Below the pieces are notes generated by a model. It worked only from the letters and a program-made list of their open reading frames with translations, was not told the DNA's origin and did no database searches. Positions 58,874-64,000 of a stretch of DNA of 64,000 nt are shown here, in pieces. This DNA is from Amoebophrya sp. A120 (lineage: Eukaryota; Protista; Dinoflagellata), in assembly GCA_905178155.1 (NCBI GenBank), contig CAJINV010000008.1:2294001-2358000 (forward strand), written 5' to 3'. How positions within the stretch are numbered: the stretch's first letter is position 1; every line of letters starts with the position of its first letter. Made by a program: the position numbers and the translations under genes.

Positions 58874-61800
58874 ATGCCATCACTTTCACTCCGCAACATG
58901 GTCACTGTCAGACGCTTCTCGAGAGTGGTCCTCCTGGCTGGGTTCTTGAGCTCCGCGCCGATTTTAACCCTGCTCACAACCTTCTGCCTCGCCCATCGCC
59001 CTGAGCAGGTGCACTTGACGGTCGGCTATGATCCCGTCAATACCCGCATCGTACAGTGGGCAGCCTTGGACGAGCAGGATGTTTCTCCCTACCCCGTTTT
59101 CGTTGTTTACGGCAAAGACAAGAATGCGGTGGAACGCTACAACGCGTCGACGACAGTAGGATCTTCCATATTGGAAGCAGCGGGATCCAGCCCCGACGAG
59201 GAGAGGCTAGTTGTGGCACTTGGGAAAAAACACACAGCCACGTCGAAAAAGAGTAAAGTATCCGATGACTTCGTTTTCGCGACACACAGCGATACTCTTG
59301 CGAAGATCGCAGTTCGCCAGGCCCGCAGTTTCGTTTTTCACGTCCAGGAATGGGGTGAATCAGGCGACCCCACAACATGGGCCGGGTATAAGGACTTCGA
59401 AACTTTCAATATCGCACGGAATTACACGATGCACGTTGCAGACATTGCGCTTAGGGACCTAGTACAGGAGAAAAAGACATCAAACACGACATTCTCGGAC
59501 TTCGTCTACTACAAAGTCGGTCGTTCCACGGATCCGGGAGGGGGGTGCCGACCAGCGACGGAGATGTCAACAGCGCCAACGCTTCTGCTCTCGCAGATTG
59601 CGAATTTTGTGACGGGCAAGAAAAAAGCTGCAGCGCAGCGCAACAACTATCAAGACACCTGTTGGTCCAAGACGTTTAAGTTCAAAACGTCACTACCGGA
59701 CGCAAGTTTATTGTCCACGAGTGCACCAGACTCGCCGCGAGCTGCTCGCGACGCGCCGCGTTCCGAATTGCACGAGGAATCGAAGAACACGCAAAAATCT
59801 TCAATGGCATCTGCTCCGATACAACCAGGTGTGGAAACCAACGGCGAGATGACGTCGAGCGACAGGGCCGCCATTTTACCTTCTCCGCATACGTTCGCCG
59901 TGTACGGGGATATGGGGGACTACAATGGCCAGTCCCGCCCCATGATTTTGCAGCACCAGAAAGACTATCAAATGTAAAAATGTCTGGGTCTGGAAGAATG
60001 CAACTTGTCATGCTAAATCTGCAGCATGCAAAAATCTGTGTTGCATGATTACCAAAAGTCGCCCAGTTTTGACCAAGTCGGGGGGCAGTTTCTCATGCAG
60101 GATAGGCATGAGAAAGATCGCACAGAATCTGTCATGCTAGGTCCTGCATTCCAGACCTCATGGGTCATGGAAAAGCTGCATGACAAATCGCGCATTCTTC
60201 CAGACCCAGACATTTTTACATTTGATAAAGACACCAACTACAACCTCACCGCGCTCCTCCACGTCGGAGATTTCGCCTATGCGTTCTCAACTGTTACATT
60301 CTCAGCTGTTACATGGATTTGCGATGCAAGAATGGCAAAAGTGAAAGGGGTCACCTTGCGCGTCTTGCATGACAGATCTGGCGCAGATTCTCAGCCTGTT
60401 TGGCTCTTCGAGCATTTGTCATGCGAAGCAGCTCGATCGTGTCAATTCTGATTGTGGTTTTGCATTTACAAATCATGTAACAGTTGAGAATGTAACGTTT
60501 GAGAACGCCATACCGCCTACGATTTCGAATCGGACAGCGGGTTGAATGGGGATCTGTACATGCGCGACATGGAGGAAATCGTCGCTGAGCTGCCGTATCT
60601 CACCGTCCCCGGGAACCACGAGGACCATTACTACTACAACCACTACTACCACCGGTTTCTGAACCAACCGACCCCGCCAATCGAGAGGAAACTGCACAAC
60701 TTTGAGCACTTCAGCAAGTATCACGCGCAAGTAGCTCCTGGCGGTAGAAGTACAATTACAGATACCAAAGCCCGTGGAGGTTCTCCTGGAACTGCTGGTC
60801 GTGAACATCATCAAGATCAAGAGCAGCGCGAAGATCTGTACCAGAACTTTTGGTACAGCGTCGGGTTTCCGAACGTCGGCAAGTTCGTTTTCTTCACGTC
60901 GGAGTTATCCACAGAAAAAAACCCACCCACATCCAATTTGTCACGCAAAACGCGCATCAAGTCATGTGTTTGTCATGCAAAAAATGGATGTGAATGGTTT
61001 TTTTATTGTGGATAGGAGTTCTACATGAAGTACAACCTGGACGACGCGCTGGTCCGGCACCTGCGCGAGCTCCAGTACGCTTGGCTCGAAAACTATTGGG
61101 GTGTCAGGATTGAAATCTTCAAAGTTGAAAAGGTTTGTCATGCATAAAATCTATAACCACTTGGAGCCCCAGTTTCCAATCGGCGCATGACAAATTTTCC
61201 TGGCCTGTGAAGCAAGTCTGTCATGCTGTTTAGGGCAAGAGGGCTCCTCCCTGTGATGCTAGCGAGCAATCCAATTCATGAGCCTTGCCAGCACTATACT
61301 CTGCTTCCTTTGCGTCCTCTGCAATAGAGTCAGTCTTTGTGTCGCATTTTATGCATGAGAAATCATTTCAACTTTGTTGATTTCAAACCTGACACATCCA
61401 TAAAAACGAGCTGAAGAGGACCGACCGAGAGCAGTTCCCGTGGCTCGTGCTCGCGTCGCACCACCCCCTGTACTGCAGCGCCGGCCCCCGGACGGTCGGG
61501 GACTGCGGAGACGAGGCGCACACAATACGGACCGGCGTCGCACAGTACCGGGTCGCAGACGAGTCTTCTACTACGGTCCACCTCGACGCTGCAATGTTAA
61601 AGGAGGATGTGGCACGACACGCACAGGCACCAGTAGTGGGCAACAAGCATTACGGCGAGAAGCTCTCGGGATCTTTGGACCAGCTTTTCTACGAGACCGG
61701 AGTGGACCTCTTCCTCGCGGGTCACGTGCACAACTACGAGCGTATGTTCGACGTGAAGCCCGCGGAAAACAACGACCCCACCGGCGTGAACAACTGGAAC

Positions 61801-62889
61801 TCGGGCGTCACGGAGCGGAAGACGGTGAACCCGCGGGCAACGACGCACATCGTTACCGGCGCCGCCGGGAACGTCGAAGACCACCAACCCTTCAACGGCG
61901 GGGAGACGAACCGCACCGCGTTCCGGTCCGAAAACTACGGTTGGAGTCTGTTTACGATCTGGAATAAAACCCACCTGCACTGGCAGCAAATCATGACAGA
62001 TAATTCCGAGCCGGTAGAGGACATGGGCAAAGTAATTGACGACTTCTGGCTTGTGCAGGAAAAGCACGGTTCCTTTGCTGGTAGAGATGATGAACTTTTC
62101 GGCGACGGCGCCTCGCACGGCCACCACAAGTCGGCGCTTGTGGAAAATTCGGCCGCAAGTAGCGAGTTCGGCAGGACAGCGAGTCGAAGCGATTCCTTTT
62201 TGCCATCGGGTGTTCGACGTCCTGGCTCTAGCAGTTCAGAGGAACACGATCTGCAGCCGCTGCTGGCAAAGGATAAGGCAAAGACCGCACTGTCGTTGCA
62301 ACACGACAAGCAAGCGGACGAACAAGCACATGACACCACCACGACCGCACGGGAAGAAGGACACGAGCGCAATGACGCGACAGATTCAGTGGCAGATCAG
62401 AAGCCAAGTACAAGTACAACGAAGATTAAAGCGCGCCAGTCGGGAGGTGGAGGTGCTCGCGAAGATTATACCCCCGAGAGAATATCAGAGGGAGCGACTC
62501 GCGATTCTGATAGAGCTTCGCCTTCAAACCAGGGCTTCGCTGTGTTGGTCACAGATCATAGTACGAGCGAAAGGGCCGAGCCCCAAAATCCTGCGGAACT
62601 TCACGAGCGCCGTCGACAGGAGAGCGAAGCGCAGCGACTTGAAAAAGTCCACCGCTTCGGCTCGTGGCAGGCGACGCGGATGGAAGCACTAGCTCTGCTA
62701 GAAGCTGAGAAAAAGGACGAGCCGTCAGGAGATCATGCCCCTAGTACCCCTGCAGTGGCATCTTCGTCCTCGTCTGCTGGAACGATGAGAAAAAGGAGTT
62801 ACGCGGAGCCGGAAAAAAGATTCTACAAGCCGAAGGTTCATGATATTGAAATGGAGGATAAAGATAGCCCGGTTTTTTTCTACGTGTAG
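58874..62889 (+). CDS. Secreted purple acid phosphatase (ACP7/PAPL-like metallophosphoesterase)
   Basis: Signal-peptide-like N-terminus, PEQVHL, and metal-ligand motifs YGDMG, HVGDFAYD (rebuilt across an introner), PGNHE, WLVLASHHPLYCS, LAGHVHNYER, HIVTGAAG. Exons 58874-59965, 60233-60277, 60518-60905, 61020-61093, 61408-62889. Confidence 0.93.
59966..60227. mobile_element. Introner, family A (reverse orientation relative to 24944)
   Basis: Perfect TIR of more than 30 bp; TSD AAGAC. Confidence 0.95.
60278..60512. mobile_element. Introner, family D
   Basis: Family D TIR; TSD TCGCC/CCGCC; splits the catalytic GDFA|YD motif. Confidence 0.95.
60906..61014. mobile_element. Introner, family H (smallest, 109 bp)
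   Basis: TATCCACAGAAAAAAACC..CACATCCA / TGGATGTG..GGTTTTTTTATTGTGGATA; TSD GGAGT. Confidence 0.93.
61094..61402. mobile_element. Introner, family I
   Basis: TATTGGGGTGTCAGGATTGAAATC..CAAAGTTGAAA inverted pair; TSD AAAAC; rebuilds QYAWLENELK. Confidence 0.93.
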
Positions 62890-63720
62890 AATAATCAAGA
62901 ATGTTGTTGCTCAGAGCTCGAAGACGGGACCAGGAGATCGCACGTTCTCGTTCTTGTCTTCTGTTTTGCCACGTCGACCTTTGGTTACATCAGAATCTGA
63001 TACCTGTACGAAGATCGCAACACCCGTAGTAAGTAGAGGAAATACATGGGATGTGCTGTGTGTTTTTGGAAGGACAGCGACAGTGTGTCTGTGCAACTAC
63101 TTACCCGGGACGCAACGCGTGGAAGAGCATCGCTTTCACGGGCGAGCGCATTCCCGCACCTGACACAGAAATGCGACCGCATCTGAGACACGTCTCTATT
63201 CCATCAAGTTCGTTGGGTTGTTCAGCATGAGATTCATGATCATGTACAGTTTTTGTTTCACGTGTTCATTTTCTCCATCGTCGTGTATGGTCGTTTCGAA
63301 GCCTGAGCCCGTTGCTCGTGGGATTTTTCTGAATGCATGCGACGACATTGTCAAGGTTCCAAAGCTGAAGGAATGTAACAATATAGCGCAAAAGGGTCGC
63401 ATCACGAATACATAGATACATTGCGAAGTGGGCGTCGTTCGTAGGTGAGTCGTAGTTGTTCCTCGATCGAGAGAAGTGGGGGAGCGACTATAAATAATTA
63501 ACAGAATGAGAGAAACAGGACCATCGAGGCAGGGATTTGATTTATGTGAAGGAAGCATGTTGAGGGAAGCTGCATCGCATGGGTTCCTGAATTTTGTTAC
63601 TACGATAGGACTAGTTGGTAGGTGTGCAACGACCCGGCACATATTTGTTAACCGCAACGCTGCGTTGTAGGTGTGGGCGTGGTGCAGCATCAGCAAACAA
63701 TACGCATCAACAAGGAAGAA

Positions 63721-63909
63721 ATGGATTCTCTTCTCTGGTCCGGATCGCCGATAGTTCCGGGGAACCACAGGGCCAAGGACACGCTGCTTGGTGGCGAGCC
63801 CTTTTCCTTCAAGGACATCTTTTCGATCTTCTCGCCCAAGCCTAAGACTGCACCACCGGCCACCGCATTGTTGAACAACGCAGAGCCACAGCATGTGGTT
63901 CCGAAGCAG
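63721..63909 (+). CDS. Possible exon of the next gene, running off the window
   Basis: MDSLLWSGSP... ORF ends at a CAG|GTAGTT donor-like site. Confidence 0.3.
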
Positions 63910-64000
63910 GTAGTTTGTTTCAGTGTGTCATGGGAGTTTCATCTTTCGGTTTGGGTGGTGTCTTCATCTTTCTCAGGGTGGTGGATTTGATAACGCTACA

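Noticed and set aside
3658-61402. ~10-bp periodicity in introner lengths (as in ciliate IESs)
   Set aside because: The 31 lengths cluster by family and show no evident periodicity; the sample is too small.

Overview
Eukaryotic genomic DNA. About ten protein-coding genes, all on the + strand, encode long Ser/Thr/Ala/Gln-rich proteins. The architecture strongly resembles the parasitic syndinian dinoflagellate Amoebophrya (inference, no search run). The dominant signal is 31 short elements (109-324 bp) inserted inside coding sequence, each starting TAT and ending ATA. They carry terminal inverted repeats (TIRs) from at least 9 families and a 5-bp flanking direct repeat (TSD). At every one, removing the element plus one 5-bp repeat restores the reading frame and rebuilds conserved motifs, usually without GT-AG ends: these are transposon-derived non-canonical introns (introners). 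They occur in both orientations, share an internal TGTNATGC motif and cluster around micro-exons. Recognisable reconstructed genes are a MOV10/SDE3-like SF1 RNA helicase (11 introners, possible N-terminal WYL_2/DUF2693-like domain), a purple acid phosphatase (4 introners), an SH3-domain protein, a CCCH zinc-finger protein and an intronless PAN/apple-like surface protein. Larger DNA transposons are also present: a 7.4-kb element with 33-bp TIRs and an 8-bp TSD, a second 8-bp-TSD element nested inside it, and a 1.6-kb TIR element inside a gene. All coordinates and frames were counted by hand.
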